Origin: Candidatus Krumholzibacteriales bacterium
GTDB taxonomy: Bacteria > Krumholzibacteriota > Krumholzibacteriia > Krumholzibacteriales > WJIX01
Assembly (NCBI GenBank): GCA_046483305.1
Contig: JAWODM010000034.1
Location: 32,001 to 96,000 of the forward strand
Reading direction: 5' to 3'
DNA: 64,000 bases
Made by a program: the position numbers and the translations under genes. Under the pieces are notes generated by a model, which ran no database searches, was not told where the DNA came from, and saw only the letters and a list, made by a program, of their open reading frames with translations. Below, in pieces: positions 46,801-57,206 of this stretch (position 1 is the stretch's first letter; each line of letters opens with the position of its first letter).

Positions 46801-49389
46801 ATGAGAAGACCTTTTCCGGTGCCCGTTCTGATGTTTATTCTGATCTTTTCAATATCCGGCCGCTGCCCCGGCTCCGAGACAGGGACCGCTGAGATTCCCG
46901 GGGGGCCCCGGCTGATCGCCGATATTCACCCCGGATCGCCCGCAGTCTGCGTGACGGTATCTGTCGGCGCCGGCTCCGCGGTAGAGACTCCTGAAGTCAG
47001 GGGTATCACACATTTTATAGAGCATATGGCCTTTAACGGTTCGGAAAGATTCTCCAGAAGCGATATCAGCGGATGGGTTGATGATAACGGTGTTTTTCTC
47101 AACGCCTTTACCAGGAAGGAAAGGACCGTATTCTTCATACTGGCGAGAAGCGAAATAGCCGGAGAGGCGGTGGAGATACTTTCCGAAATGCTGCTCCATT
47201 CCGTTTTCCCGCCCTCCGAGATTGAGAAGGAGAGGAATGTGATTCTGGAGGAGATCAGGGAGACCATGGATAATCCGCGCCATGCAAGAGACCGTCTGGC
47301 GGAACGTTATCTGTACGGTGCCAGCCCCCTCGCTCAACCGGTCCTTGGCTACCCCGAAACTATCAATAATATTTCCCGGGAGAAGCTGACAGATTATTAC
47401 CGGAAGTATTATACCCCTTCCAATATGACGGTCTTTGTGATGGGGGGCATTGGCTTTGAAAAAGCCCATGGGCTGGTGCGCGACTATTTTGGTTCATTCC
47501 GCACCAGCGACGGAACGGAAAGAAAACCTCTGGTGCCGGGATGCATGGTCCGCTACGGAAATACCGTCAGGGTCAGAAGTAATGAGAGGTTTGAAGAGGG
47601 ACTGGATCTTTTGATAAGAATAAAGGGCGCGAGAAGCAGGGTAGACCGGCTGGCGGCGGGAAGGATCCTGTTATCACTGGTATCCGGCGATAATTCTCCG
47701 TTTCGGAAGCGGTTGCAGGATATGGGAGTCCGGCCGCCGCAGTCCAGCATTGAACTTCACGGGGACTGCTGTTCATTCCGATTCAGCTTTGCCGCCGGAA
47801 AGGGCGGCGCCGGTGACCTTAAGGCAATACCGGCTGTGCTGGAGGAGCTCTCTGACTGGAAACCGGACAGGAACACGATAGAATCGGCGGTAAAAGCATA
47901 TATTGCCTCGGACCTGTTCGACCGCGAAAAATATCATTATTACCTGATGCTTCACGGTGAGGAAATGGCCTATCTCGGGGAGAGTTATTTCGTTGAATAC
48001 CTGGAGGGAATAAAGGAAGTTTCTGAAGATCAGATAGGGGATGTTCTCGAAAAAAGCTTTTCTGAAATGGAGTACAACGGATGCATATTCGTAAAGGAGC
48101 AGAAGAGGGATTTCAGGAAAGCGGTTCAGTTTGATTCCAGGACACTTGATAACGGCGTGGAGATCGCTTCGATCAGAAGAACGGGGTCGGAAGTAGCCGC
48201 TCTTCATATGCTTATCGAGAATGGAAATTGTATCTGGGGGCCGGAAGAGGCGGGTCTGCCGTCATTAATCCACACCGCGCTGGAGGCTTCAGCCGGGGAA
48301 ACCGGCCTGAATGAGAAGCTGGACAGGCTGGGAAGCAGGGTCAGCTGGGGAGATAATCCCTATATTCCGATGGACGATTATCTTCTGAACCGGTCATATT
48401 CATTTATAAGGCTGGAGGCTCCCCTTTCCAATTTCAGGGAGGCTGCCGGACAGTTGATAGAGCATGTCGCCGGCGCCCGGTTAAGTGAGGAGTTGCTTGG
48501 CGGAGCGATGGCGGAATTAAGAAGAGAAACCATGATCAGGGAGGGCAACCCGCTGTTCAGGCTGAGAGAAAGATTTTACCGGGAGCTTTTTCCCGGACAC
48601 CCCTTCGGCGGATCGATCTTTCCATCCGGCAGGCTGGAGGTAACCTCTGACTCCATATCCTGTTACCGAAGAGATTATCTCAGCGGCAATAATATAATCG
48701 CCACTCTGGTTTCAGGCCTGCCCGAAGATGAAGCGGAAGGGCTGCTTTCGGATCTCCTTGGGGAAATTGCCCCGGGTGGCGGATCGGCCGGCTGCCCCCC
48801 CTTCCCGGAACAGGCAGCCGCCGGACGGAGAAAAGTTACAGCTGAAAGCGGCGGCGCCTATCTGCTGGCAGGTTTTGCCGGAAAGCAGCTCGATCCCGGC
48901 GAAACAGCAGCGGTGGCGGTGGCCTCCGAGGTTCTGGACAGGAGGATGAAGAATCAGATAAGAGAAAACAGGGGGCTGGCATACTCTACCGGCTGTAATT
49001 TCAAGTTGATGAAGGGCGGATTCGTGGTGGAAATTCACCTGGGGACCCGTTCCTCAAACCTGAATGAAGCTTCCGAAGCTATGATGGAGGAACTGGCTTC
49101 TCTGCTTTCGGATAAACCGGGTGAAGATGAGATTGAAGTGGCAGTCAGCAGGATATGTTCGGAAAGGGCCAGGAGAGAGCTGAGCAGTATTAACCAGGCT
49201 TATGCGGCAGGCCTGGATATCTACTGCCTCTCAGGAAACAGGTTTGTAAATGTGGTGGCGGAAGCCGGCGTTGATGAAGTGCGCCGGGTGATCGAAGACT
49301 TTTTTGATCCGGACAGGATATTTTATCTTGAGATGGTTCCGGAGCAGTCCGATTCGGGAGAAAAAACCGGTTTTCCGGGAATGAAATAA
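46801..49389 (+). CDS. M16 (pitrilysin-family) zinc peptidase, single-chain
   Basis: Signal peptide, inverted zincin motif HFIEH, NAFT and IRENRGLAY. Confidence 0.88.
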   Translation: MRRPFPVPVLMFILIFSISGRCPGSETGTAEIPGGPRLIADIHPGSPAVCVTVSVGAGSAVETPEVRGITHFIEHMAFNGSERFSRSDISGWVDDNGVFLNAFTRKERTVFFILARSEIAGEAVEILSEMLLHSVFPPSEIEKERNVILEEIRETMDNPRHARDRLAERYLYGASPLAQPVLGYPETINNISREKLTDYYRKYYTPSNMTVFVMGGIGFEKAHGLVRDYFGSFRTSDGTERKPLVPGCMVRYGNTVRVRSNERFEEGLDLLIRIKGARSRVDRLAAGRILLSLVSGDNSPFRKRLQDMGVRPPQSSIELHGDCCSFRFSFAAGKGGAGDLKAIPAVLEELSDWKPDRNTIESAVKAYIASDLFDREKYHYYLMLHGEEMAYLGESYFVEYLEGIKEVSEDQIGDVLEKSFSEMEYNGCIFVKEQKRDFRKAVQFDSRTLDNGVEIASIRRTGSEVAALHMLIENGNCIWGPEEAGLPSLIHTALEASAGETGLNEKLDRLGSRVSWGDNPYIPMDDYLLNRSYSFIRLEAPLSNFREAAGQLIEHVAGARLSEELLGGAMAELRRETMIREGNPLFRLRERFYRELFPGHPFGGSIFPSGRLEVTSDSISCYRRDYLSGNNIIATLVSGLPEDEAEGLLSDLLGEIAPGGGSAGCPPFPEQAAAGRRKVTAESGGAYLLAGFAGKQLDPGETAAVAVASEVLDRRMKNQIRENRGLAYSTGCNFKLMKGGFVVEIHLGTRSSNLNEASEAMMEELASLLSDKPGEDEIEVAVSRICSERARRELSSINQAYAAGLDIYCLSGNRFVNVVAEAGVDEVRRVIEDFFDPDRIFYLEMVPEQSDSGEKTGFPGMK

Positions 49390-49474
49390 TTAGGATTAAA
49401 AATGTTGACCGGAATAATTTATTTATTAATATATATGCATGTTATTGTACCAGTGAACTTAGATGGAGGATCTG

Positions 49475-49648
49475 ATGGCTTACAAAATTACCGATGAATG
49501 TATCGCTTGTGGTTCCTGTCTTCCCGAGTGCCCCGTAGAAGCGATCGAGGAAGGCGAGGAAAAGTTTACCATAGACCCTGAACTCTGCACCGATTGCGCG
49601 GCATGCGTTGAGGTTTGCCCGGTGGATTCGATTGTTGAGGGTGACTGA
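49475..49648 (+). CDS. 2[4Fe-4S] ferredoxin
   Basis: CIACGSCLPECP and CTDCAACVEVCP. Confidence 0.95.
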   Translation: MAYKITDECIACGSCLPECPVEAIEEGEEKFTIDPELCTDCAACVEVCPVDSIVEGD

Positions 49649-49655
49649 TTAACTG

Positions 49656-50702
49656 ATGTCGTCAAAAAAGTACCGTTTGACGAGTATGGCTTCGTGCGCG
49701 GGCTGAGCTTCCAAGCTCAGCCCGACGGAGTTGCGGCAGGTACTCAAGAGTTTTCCTTCCTACCATCATCCCGATCTGATATTAGGTTTTGATCACGCCG
49801 ATGATTGCGGCGTTATGCGGATATGCGAGGACCGGGCTGTAATCGTTACGGTTGATTTCTTTCCCGCTATCGCGGACGACCCCGTGGTATTCGGCCGGAT
49901 AGCGGCCGCGAACGCCCTGAGCGATATTTACGCCATGGGCGGCACCCCGCTGTGCGCTCTGAATATCGTTTCCTTCCCCGAGGGCAAACTCCCCCTGGAG
50001 GTTCTGGAAGCTGTCCTGATAGGCGGAGCCGAGAAGATTGCAGAGGCGGGAGCGGTGGTGGTGGGCGGACACACCTTGAAGGATTCTGAACTGAAATACG
50101 GGCTTTCGGTTACCGGCACAATTCATCCGGACAGGATAGTTTATAACAGCGGGGCCAAACCCGGAGACGCCCTGATTCTGACCAAACCCCTGGGGACCGG
50201 TATATATTCCACCGCTCTCAGGAACGGAGCGCTTTCCGGCGAACTGGAGGAGGATATGTACCGGGTTATGTCCGCGCTGAACAGGGACGCGTCTGAGGTA
50301 ATGAATGAGCTTGGCGTAAATGCCTGCACCGATATCACGGGATATGGGTTGGCCGGACATGCCCTGGAGATCGCCGAAGAATCGAGCGTAAGCCTGAGAA
50401 TTGACCTTGACTCTGTTCCGTACCTGCCGGCTGCCAGGGAGCTTGCCGGGAAAGGTTTCCTTACCGGGGGCGGAATGGCAAACCTGAAGGACTCTGAAGC
50501 CAGAATGAAATCGAACATTGAGCTTTCCGGTGTGGATAAGATGCTTTTATGCGACCCTCAGACTTCCGGAGGGCTGCTGGTATCGATAGCCCGGGAAAAG
50601 AGCGGCAGGTATCTCGATATGCTCAGGGACAGGGGGATTTCCGAAGCGGCGGTAATCGGAGATGTTGCGGAGAGGGTAGAGGCTGCCATAATCTGGAGGT
50701 AG
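49656..50702 (+). CDS. selD: Selenophosphate synthetase SelD containing selenocysteine (Sec17)
   Basis: MSSKKYRLTSMASCAG-TGA(49704-49706)-ASKLSPTELRQV, in frame with track ORF 49731. Motifs TVDFF, ANALSDIYAMGG, TDITGYGL and DPQTSGGLL. Confidence 0.93.
49720..49737 (+). promoter_or_regulatory. Candidate SECIS of selD
   Basis: GCC-CGAC-GGA-GTTG-c-GGC stem-loop; the GGA loop begins 20 nt after the UGA. Confidence 0.55.
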
Positions 50703-50714
50703 GCGGGCGGTCCG

Positions 50715-51272
50715 TCATTCTCTGTTTCTTCTTTCTTCAGCTTCTTTCAGACTGAGAATACAACCGCAGTAGTCCTGCCTGGTAAGGCCGAGTTCCCTGC
50801 TTTTCTCAACGCTCAGCTTGAATCCATCCCTCTTCTTGAAATCTCCGTCATGGAACCTGACTCCATATTTTTCGGCCGCCATCCTGCCGGTTTCGAGTAT
50901 CTTCCGGTAAACCTTATGGGGGCTCACCGAAAGAGTGGTGGTGAAGATATCCATGCCCATCCCGGAAGCTCTCCTGGCGGTTTCCTCCATCCTGAGGCCG
51001 TAGCATTCCCAGCATCTTCTGCTCTTTTCCGGAAGGTGACGGTAGGGCGATACGGCCTCATCCCATAATTCGGGGCGGTACTCCCCGTATTCCAGATCGG
51101 CGCCAAAGCGTTTCGCCACCAGTTTCATTTCCTCCAGCCTGATATTATACTCTTCCTCCGGTTGAATATTTGGGTTGAAAAACAGGGTTTTGACAATATA
51201 TCTATCCTGCAGGTGAGGTATTACGTAACTGGCGCAGCAGGCGCAGCAGGTGTGAAGCAGTATGGTATTCAT
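50715..51272 (-). CDS. queH: Epoxyqueuosine reductase QueH (DUF208)
   Basis: LLHTCCACC, FNPNIQP, RCWEC, TTTLSVSPHK and RQDYCGC. Confidence 0.9.
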   Translation of the reverse strand: MNTILLHTCCACCASYVIPHLQDRYIVKTLFFNPNIQPEEEYNIRLEEMKLVAKRFGADLEYGEYRPELWDEAVSPYRHLPEKSRRCWECYGLRMEETARRASGMGMDIFTTTLSVSPHKVYRKILETGRMAAEKYGVRFHDGDFKKRDGFKLSVEKSRELGLTRQDYCGCILSLKEAEERRNRE

Positions 51273-51276
51273 CGGA

Positions 51277-52662
51277 TTAACGGGAATTTGAAGACTGAGC
51301 CTGAGAGACAGGGGGGATATCAGAGCCCGGCCTGTCTGAACCTTGCCCGTCACCGCTTGAGCTGTAATAAATCCCGTTCTGAATTTCTATGGAATTGAGC
51401 TCTGCCAGGAGTTCGTTCTTCAACAGGTTGAACTCCGGCATGGCCGTCTCGGCGACCGGGCTTGCCGGAGGCAGATCCAGTTTCCTGGGATTGACGAAAC
51501 GCCCGTTCTTCTTGATTCTGTAATCCAGATGGGGGCCGGTGGAGTAACCGGTTGAGCCGACATAACCTATTATCTGCCCCTGTTTGACATTGGCTCCGTA
51601 TTTTATCCCGGAGGCGAACTTCTGAAGGTGCAGATAGTACGAGATATAATTGCTGTTATGACGGATCTTTATATAGTTTCCGTTCGCCCTGGTCCGGGAA
51701 GCCTTTATTACAGTTCCCTCGCCGGTGGAATGAACCGGGGTGCCGAGCGGGGCGGCATAGTCTATCCCCAGGTGAGACCTGTAGTGATGAAGAACCGGAT
51801 GGTAACGCCGGTAACTGAAGTTGGAACTGATCCTGGTGTAGGAAAGCGGCGCCCTGAGAAGCTGCTTCCGGAGGGAATTGCCCATTTCGTCGTAATAATC
51901 GTAAAAATCTTCCCCGTCATTCCTGAACAGGAAAGCGTAATGCTTCTCCCCGTCGCAGTTGAATTCACAGGAGATGATTTTTCCTATTCTGTTTACCGTT
52001 TTTCCCCCCGGTTTTCTGATCTTCTTCTCCTCGTAAACCAGGCGGAAGTAATCTCCGCGTCTGAGTTCGGTGAAGAAGTCGATGTCCCACTGGTAGATAT
52101 TACTGATTTCTCCGGCCAGCTCAAAGGGCAGGTTATTTTCCTGCACGGTATGGTAGAGTGAATTGTCTATAATCCCGGATGCGATCTTTCTATGAACAGT
52201 ATAGGGGTAGTGCCTTCTTCTTACGGATATATCCCCGGGGGAAAGGCTGATATCAAGATACTGCTCATCATCTATGGACATCTGAATTCCGGTTACCTCT
52301 CCGCCGGGGCTCCGGAATACCGAATATTTCTGGCCTGGATAAATCTTCCTCAGGTTGTAAACCCCATTGGAGGCCTTTATTATTCCATGGACCTTCTGTG
52401 GAGAGATGTATCTGCACATCAGATCGAAAAAGTTCATATTCCTGCCCACGGTGCCGTCTATGGAACTTACCTCCGGGGGGGAGGCTTCCGGTTCGGCCCC
52501 GGCATTTTCCACTTCGGCCGCGGTTTTTTCAGCCGGCTCACGCACCTTCCCGTTTTCTCCGCCGCCACCTCTTCCGCTGTAAATAACCAGGGAGAAGATG
52601 AGAATAATGGCAAGGAAGATTACCAATCCGGCTATCAGGTTATTTCTGTTTGTTTCAATCAT
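51277..52662 (-). CDS. M23-family peptidoglycan DD-endopeptidase (MepM/Csd3-like)
   Basis: N-terminal TM, RYHPVL, HLGIDYAA, YLHL and STGPHLDY. Confidence 0.92.
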   Translation of the reverse strand: MIETNRNNLIAGLVIFLAIILIFSLVIYSGRGGGGENGKVREPAEKTAAEVENAGAEPEASPPEVSSIDGTVGRNMNFFDLMCRYISPQKVHGIIKASNGVYNLRKIYPGQKYSVFRSPGGEVTGIQMSIDDEQYLDISLSPGDISVRRRHYPYTVHRKIASGIIDNSLYHTVQENNLPFELAGEISNIYQWDIDFFTELRRGDYFRLVYEEKKIRKPGGKTVNRIGKIISCEFNCDGEKHYAFLFRNDGEDFYDYYDEMGNSLRKQLLRAPLSYTRISSNFSYRRYHPVLHHYRSHLGIDYAAPLGTPVHSTGEGTVIKASRTRANGNYIKIRHNSNYISYYLHLQKFASGIKYGANVKQGQIIGYVGSTGYSTGPHLDYRIKKNGRFVNPRKLDLPPASPVAETAMPEFNLLKNELLAELNSIEIQNGIYYSSSGDGQGSDRPGSDIPPVSQAQSSNSR

Positions 52663-53080
52663 AAATATTCCCGTATTAACTTGATAGAATATATCGTTAT
52701 TACGAGAAAATGGTCAAGGAATATTTTGGTTTCTGACACGTAATATTTACGATATATCTGAATCAATGCGCATCAGATTGTCTGCCTCCAGCCGATATGT
52801 TGTTTATTGCAAGCGCCGTACCTGAATCATACCCTTTATTGAAATCAGCCCGGGAAAATTGATCATATTCGACCCTGATCGCGCCGATCTACCCTGTAAT
52901 TCAAAATGGCTGATTATTACGATGGCTTTCTTGTTGAACTGTCCGGGTATTCCGCCGGTTTCTGGGTAAGGCGGGAAGGGCGGGGTGGCCGCGAGAGCTG
53001 AAAGTGACGGAGATCTTTCCCTCATTCTCTGGCCGGGCGGGCTGAACCTCCGGGAAAAGCCTGTCTGTTATCCTGCCGAG

Positions 53081-53109
53081 TTGAAAAAACCTCCTTTTCC
53101 AGGTATAAT
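53081..53109 (+). promoter_or_regulatory. Sigma70 promoter upstream of the exonuclease-helicase pair
   Basis: TTGAAA, 17 nt, TATAAT. Confidence 0.6.
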
Positions 53110-53142
53110 TCCGGTTGAGGATATCGATCAGGGAGGCGCCGC

Positions 53143-54138
53143 ATGGAAGACGAACAGAGAAGACGGGATATCAGAAAAGAGATTGACGATCTCAAGAGGA
53201 AGGCTTCCGAAAAATTCCGGAGTAAGGGGATACCCGAACCTGCCAGGGGATTTCTGGAGCGGGCTTCCCGGTTCGACCCTCCCGCCGGAGGTTCAGGCCC
53301 GGCCCGAAACAACGGCCGGGAATCGAGGAGCGAGGAAGAAATTGTCCTTGGCGGATTGAGGGATATTATACGGGAAACCAATGAGAGGGAAAAGGCAGCG
53401 GCCGGGGGAGAGGAAGTTTTTGTTGATCTGGAGGCGGCGGTTTCGGGTGAGGAGACCGCATTCGGCTCCGGGGCGTTTTTCCGGATAACCGACCGTTGCG
53501 GCGATCTTGAAAACGGAGAATGGGGTAATTACCCGGAGATTCTATCGGATTCAGCTGAGTCTGACATTCCTGGAGATACCTCCCTGAAACTGCTGAGCAG
53601 TATTGAACCGGAGCGGGTCTGTTATCTGGATATTGAGACAACCGGCCTTAAATCTGTCCCCCTGTTCCTGATAGGCCTGCTGTATCAGGATGGAGACCGT
53701 CTGTTAATAGATCAGCTTTTTGCCCGTGACTACGGCGAGGAAAAATCTCTTCTGGAATTTGCATCCGATTACCTGAAGCGCTTCAGCCTGGTGGTAACCT
53801 TCAACGGAAGAAGCTTTGACATACCTTATATACTGGAGAGAATGGATCTCTGGGGGGTCGACCGTTTCAGCTTCGAGAAGCACCTTGACCTTCTTCACCT
53901 GTCCAGGAAGATGGTAGGCGGGAAGACTCCCAACCACAAGCTTCAGACGCTGGAGCGGTATCTGCTGGGAAGCAGAAGGATAGGCGATACCCCGGGATAC
54001 CGGATTCCTGATCTGTATCACGATTTCGTAAAGAGCGGAAACGCGGCCGGTATAGCCGGCATTATCGAACATAACCGTATTGATCTGGTTTCCATGGTCC
54101 GCCTGGTGACGCTGTTTCTCTCAGGCCCATTGCCCTGA
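53143..54138 (+). CDS. RNase H-like DEDD exonuclease (YprB/MrfB-like)
   Basis: YLDIETTGL, TFNGRSFDIP, HLDLL and HNRIDL. Confidence 0.85.
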   Translation: MEDEQRRRDIRKEIDDLKRKASEKFRSKGIPEPARGFLERASRFDPPAGGSGPARNNGRESRSEEEIVLGGLRDIIRETNEREKAAAGGEEVFVDLEAAVSGEETAFGSGAFFRITDRCGDLENGEWGNYPEILSDSAESDIPGDTSLKLLSSIEPERVCYLDIETTGLKSVPLFLIGLLYQDGDRLLIDQLFARDYGEEKSLLEFASDYLKRFSLVVTFNGRSFDIPYILERMDLWGVDRFSFEKHLDLLHLSRKMVGGKTPNHKLQTLERYLLGSRRIGDTPGYRIPDLYHDFVKSGNAAGIAGIIEHNRIDLVSMVRLVTLFLSGPLP

Positions 54139-54210
54139 GAAAAAATTCCCTGTTAACGGCCGCTTCATTAAGTTAGAATACTTTGCAGGTAAGACAGCCG
54201 AGGAGAGATA

Positions 54211-56640
54211 TTGAATACTGAAAAGTTCCTCAACAAAATCAGAAACAGCGATTTCTACAGCGGTCAGATAGTTCACTGCCACAGGATAGAACCCCGCGGC
54301 GCCCGCACCGGCAGCCTGAAGAAAGGGCTTCCTGACAGGCTGGCCGAAGTTCTTGCCGGTTCCGGAATAGATCAGCTTTACTCCCACCAGGTAGAAGCGG
54401 TGGAGAATCTTCGCGAGGGAAACAGCGTAGTAGTGGTTACATCCACAGCCAGCGGGAAGACCCTCTGCTATAACATCCCGGTCCTGGAGCGTTTCCTGGA
54501 GAATGGCCAGGCCAGGGCGCTCTATATCTATCCCACCAAGGCGCTGGCCCAGGATCAGCTGAGAGTGCTGGACCGTTACAGCAGGCAGGGGATCAATATC
54601 AAAGCCGGCACTTACGACGGCGACACCCCCGGATCCCAGAGAAGGCAGTTGAGGGAGGAAGCAAATATTATACTCACCAACCCGGACATGCTTCACTCCG
54701 GCATCCTTCCCAATCACGCGAAATGGGCGGGATTCTTCTCCCGCCTGGATTTCGTGGTAATCGACGAGATTCATACCTACCGGGGGATTTTCGGGTCTCA
54801 CGTATCCAACGTCATCAGGAGGCTGGAGAGAATAACACGGCATTACGGGGCGGCCCCCGTCTATGCGGCTTCATCGGCTACCATAGCGAACCCGGGGGAA
54901 CACGCGGAAAGGCTCATGGGAAGAAAGGTCAAGGTGATAAGCCGGGACGGATCTCCCAGAGGAGAGAAGAAGTTCATCATGTGGAACCCTCCCACCCTGG
55001 ATGAAATCGGGATAGACCGGAAAAGCTCCAATACCGAGGCTGCCGAGATAATAGCCAGGCTGATGATGGATGATATACAGACCATTGCGTTTGTAAGAGC
55101 AAGAGTTGTCAGCGAGGTGCTGACCCGCTATGTAAGAGGTATTATGGAAGGGTCCAGGGCGGGGAAAAAAGATGCGGTTCATCCCTACCGGGGGGGGTAC
55201 CTACCCGGCGAGCGCAGGGAAATAGAAAAACGGCTGTTCGAAGGGGACCTTAAAGCGGTAATAAGCACCAATGCTCTGGAACTGGGGATCGATGTGGGGG
55301 CTCTTCACGCCTCGGTGATAGTCGGTTATCCGGGGAGCATAGCCTCGACCTGGCAGCAGGCCGGAAGGGCGGGGCGGGGAGAAGAGGAATCAGTTGTTTT
55401 CTTTATTCCCCACAATACCCCCCTGGATCAATACCTCATTAAACATCCCGAGTATTTCTTCGGAAGGTCTCCTGAGAACGCCATCATTGATCCCGGTAAT
55501 CCCCACGTGCTGCTGGGACAGATCAGGACAGCCGCCTTTGAGCTTCCTCTCTCCGGAGAGGAGGTGGGGGAAATGGGAGAGTACGCCCCTGCCATAGCCC
55601 GGCTTCTGGAGGAGGAAGGTGAACTGAACTATCTCCGGGGCGACTGGTACTGGCGGGGGAAGGGTTATCCCAGCGCCTCGGTTAACCTCAGGAATATATC
55701 CCCGAACACCTACACCATAATAGATACCACATCAGGCAACAGCGTTATCGGAACCATCGATGAAGCCAGCGCTTTTCAGCAGGTTCACCCTCAGGCAATC
55801 TATCTGCATGAGGCGGAGACCTATATGGTTGACCGGCTCGATATCGACAGAAGGACGGCAATGGTGAGCCGGTGCGATGTGGATTACTATACCCAGTCTA
55901 TTACTGAAACGCAGGTGAAGGTGGACCGGGACGAGAAGAGGGAAAAGTGGAGGGTCAGCGAACTGGCTTTCGGCGACGTTTCGGTTACAGACCTCACCTT
56001 CATGTTCAGGAAGATAAAGTTTGGAAGCAGGGATTCGATAGGATACGGCAAGTGCGATCTGCCTCCCCAGATTCTAAAGACAGCCGGCCTGTGGCTGGTG
56101 CCGCCTCCGGGTGTTTTCAGCACGGTCAGAGAGTGGGGGAGGATCCCCTCCGAGGGGCTGCTCGGCCTTTCCAATGTTCTTCGCGAAGTGGTGCCGCTGT
56201 TCGTAATGTGCGATCCCCTGGACATCGGAACCACCGTAAATGCCCGTTCGACCAGGGGGCAGGCTGTATATCTCTACGATAAGTATCCCGGAGGGCTGGG
56301 CTTTTCGCTCAAGGCATTCGATCTTATCGAGGAGATCATGATAGCATCGCTGGAGCTGATCGAATCCTGTTCCTGCAGGAGAGGGTGCCCCTCCTGCGTG
56401 GGTTCGCCGATACCTCCCTTCTCACAGCTCGATCCCGATACCGGAGGAAGAGGGATGATCCCGGACAGGGAAGCGGCGCTGATGATCCTGCACGCTCTCC
56501 TGGAGATGAAACCATACCGGCCGGCCGCTCCCAGGAGAGAATCAGGCGGCCCTGAGGTTGAGAGGCCATCCGGGAAATCGCTTCCGGTGGAACTGGAGGG
56601 TAAGCTCCGGGAAGAAATTTATAATCGGACAAGAAAATAG
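54211..56640 (+). CDS. Hrq1/MrfA-type DEAH-box helicase with a DUF1998 zinc-binding domain
   Basis: TASGKT, PTKALAQDQ, DEIH, SAT, ALELGID, QQAGRAGR and C-terminal CSCRRGCPSC. Confidence 0.92.
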   Translation: MNTEKFLNKIRNSDFYSGQIVHCHRIEPRGARTGSLKKGLPDRLAEVLAGSGIDQLYSHQVEAVENLREGNSVVVVTSTASGKTLCYNIPVLERFLENGQARALYIYPTKALAQDQLRVLDRYSRQGINIKAGTYDGDTPGSQRRQLREEANIILTNPDMLHSGILPNHAKWAGFFSRLDFVVIDEIHTYRGIFGSHVSNVIRRLERITRHYGAAPVYAASSATIANPGEHAERLMGRKVKVISRDGSPRGEKKFIMWNPPTLDEIGIDRKSSNTEAAEIIARLMMDDIQTIAFVRARVVSEVLTRYVRGIMEGSRAGKKDAVHPYRGGYLPGERREIEKRLFEGDLKAVISTNALELGIDVGALHASVIVGYPGSIASTWQQAGRAGRGEEESVVFFIPHNTPLDQYLIKHPEYFFGRSPENAIIDPGNPHVLLGQIRTAAFELPLSGEEVGEMGEYAPAIARLLEEEGELNYLRGDWYWRGKGYPSASVNLRNISPNTYTIIDTTSGNSVIGTIDEASAFQQVHPQAIYLHEAETYMVDRLDIDRRTAMVSRCDVDYYTQSITETQVKVDRDEKREKWRVSELAFGDVSVTDLTFMFRKIKFGSRDSIGYGKCDLPPQILKTAGLWLVPPPGVFSTVREWGRIPSEGLLGLSNVLREVVPLFVMCDPLDIGTTVNARSTRGQAVYLYDKYPGGLGFSLKAFDLIEEIMIASLELIESCSCRRGCPSCVGSPIPPFSQLDPDTGGRGMIPDREAALMILHALLEMKPYRPAAPRRESGGPEVERPSGKSLPVELEGKLREEIYNRTRK

Positions 56641-56701
56641 GCTTTAATCGAAACCCGGGAGCGGAAATTCCGAAAAAAACAGGGATCAGGCAATACTGTG
56701 T

Positions 56702-56730
56702 TTGACCACCGGCTGATCCTTTGATATATT
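56702..56730 (+). promoter_or_regulatory. Sigma70 promoter of the sdh operon
   Basis: TTGACC, 17 nt, TATATT with an extended-10 TG. Confidence 0.5.
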
Positions 56731-56818
56731 GATTTCAAATTATTCCGGTCGTCTGTGAGCCGGCAGGGCTCCGCCGGGCCCGGCGACCAGAGCTCTTAAC
56801 AGAAACAGGAGGAACCCT

Positions 56819-57193
56819 ATGAGGGTAATCAAGCATTACCGGGTACACCTGGGAACTTTCGCCTGGATTCTTCACCGGCTGTCCGGTTTGGGTTTGATCT
56901 TTTACTTACTGCTTCACATATGGGTTATCGGCCACCTTGCCGGAGGCGAAGAATCCTTCGACTCAATTATGGAATTCTTCAGCAATCCGCTTTTCAAAAT
57001 TCTGGAAATCGGATTGATAGGAGTAATATTCTACCATCTGTTCAACGGCCTGAGACTGACCATAATGGATATGGGCTGGCTGGTAGAAAAACAGAAGTCC
57101 CTTTTTGTGATTTTCGTAATAATCTGGTTGATATCGTGGTTTGCCGTATCCGGAGTAATGTATATGAAGTACTTCGGTTCGGCGGCCGGATAA
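56819..57193 (+). CDS. sdhC: Succinate dehydrogenase cytochrome b subunit
   Basis: HRLSG, HLFNGLR and three TM segments. Confidence 0.9.
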   Translation: MRVIKHYRVHLGTFAWILHRLSGLGLIFYLLLHIWVIGHLAGGEESFDSIMEFFSNPLFKILEIGLIGVIFYHLFNGLRLTIMDMGWLVEKQKSLFVIFVIIWLISWFAVSGVMYMKYFGSAAG

Positions 57194-57206
57194 GGGAGGG
57201 AGCAAG

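Noticed and set aside
52663..53080. About 420 bp of intergenic DNA with short ORFs, considered as ncRNA or a gene
   Set aside because: I saw no recognisable RNA motif or strong repeat, and the ORFs lack motifs and RBS. It is most simply a divergent promoter region.
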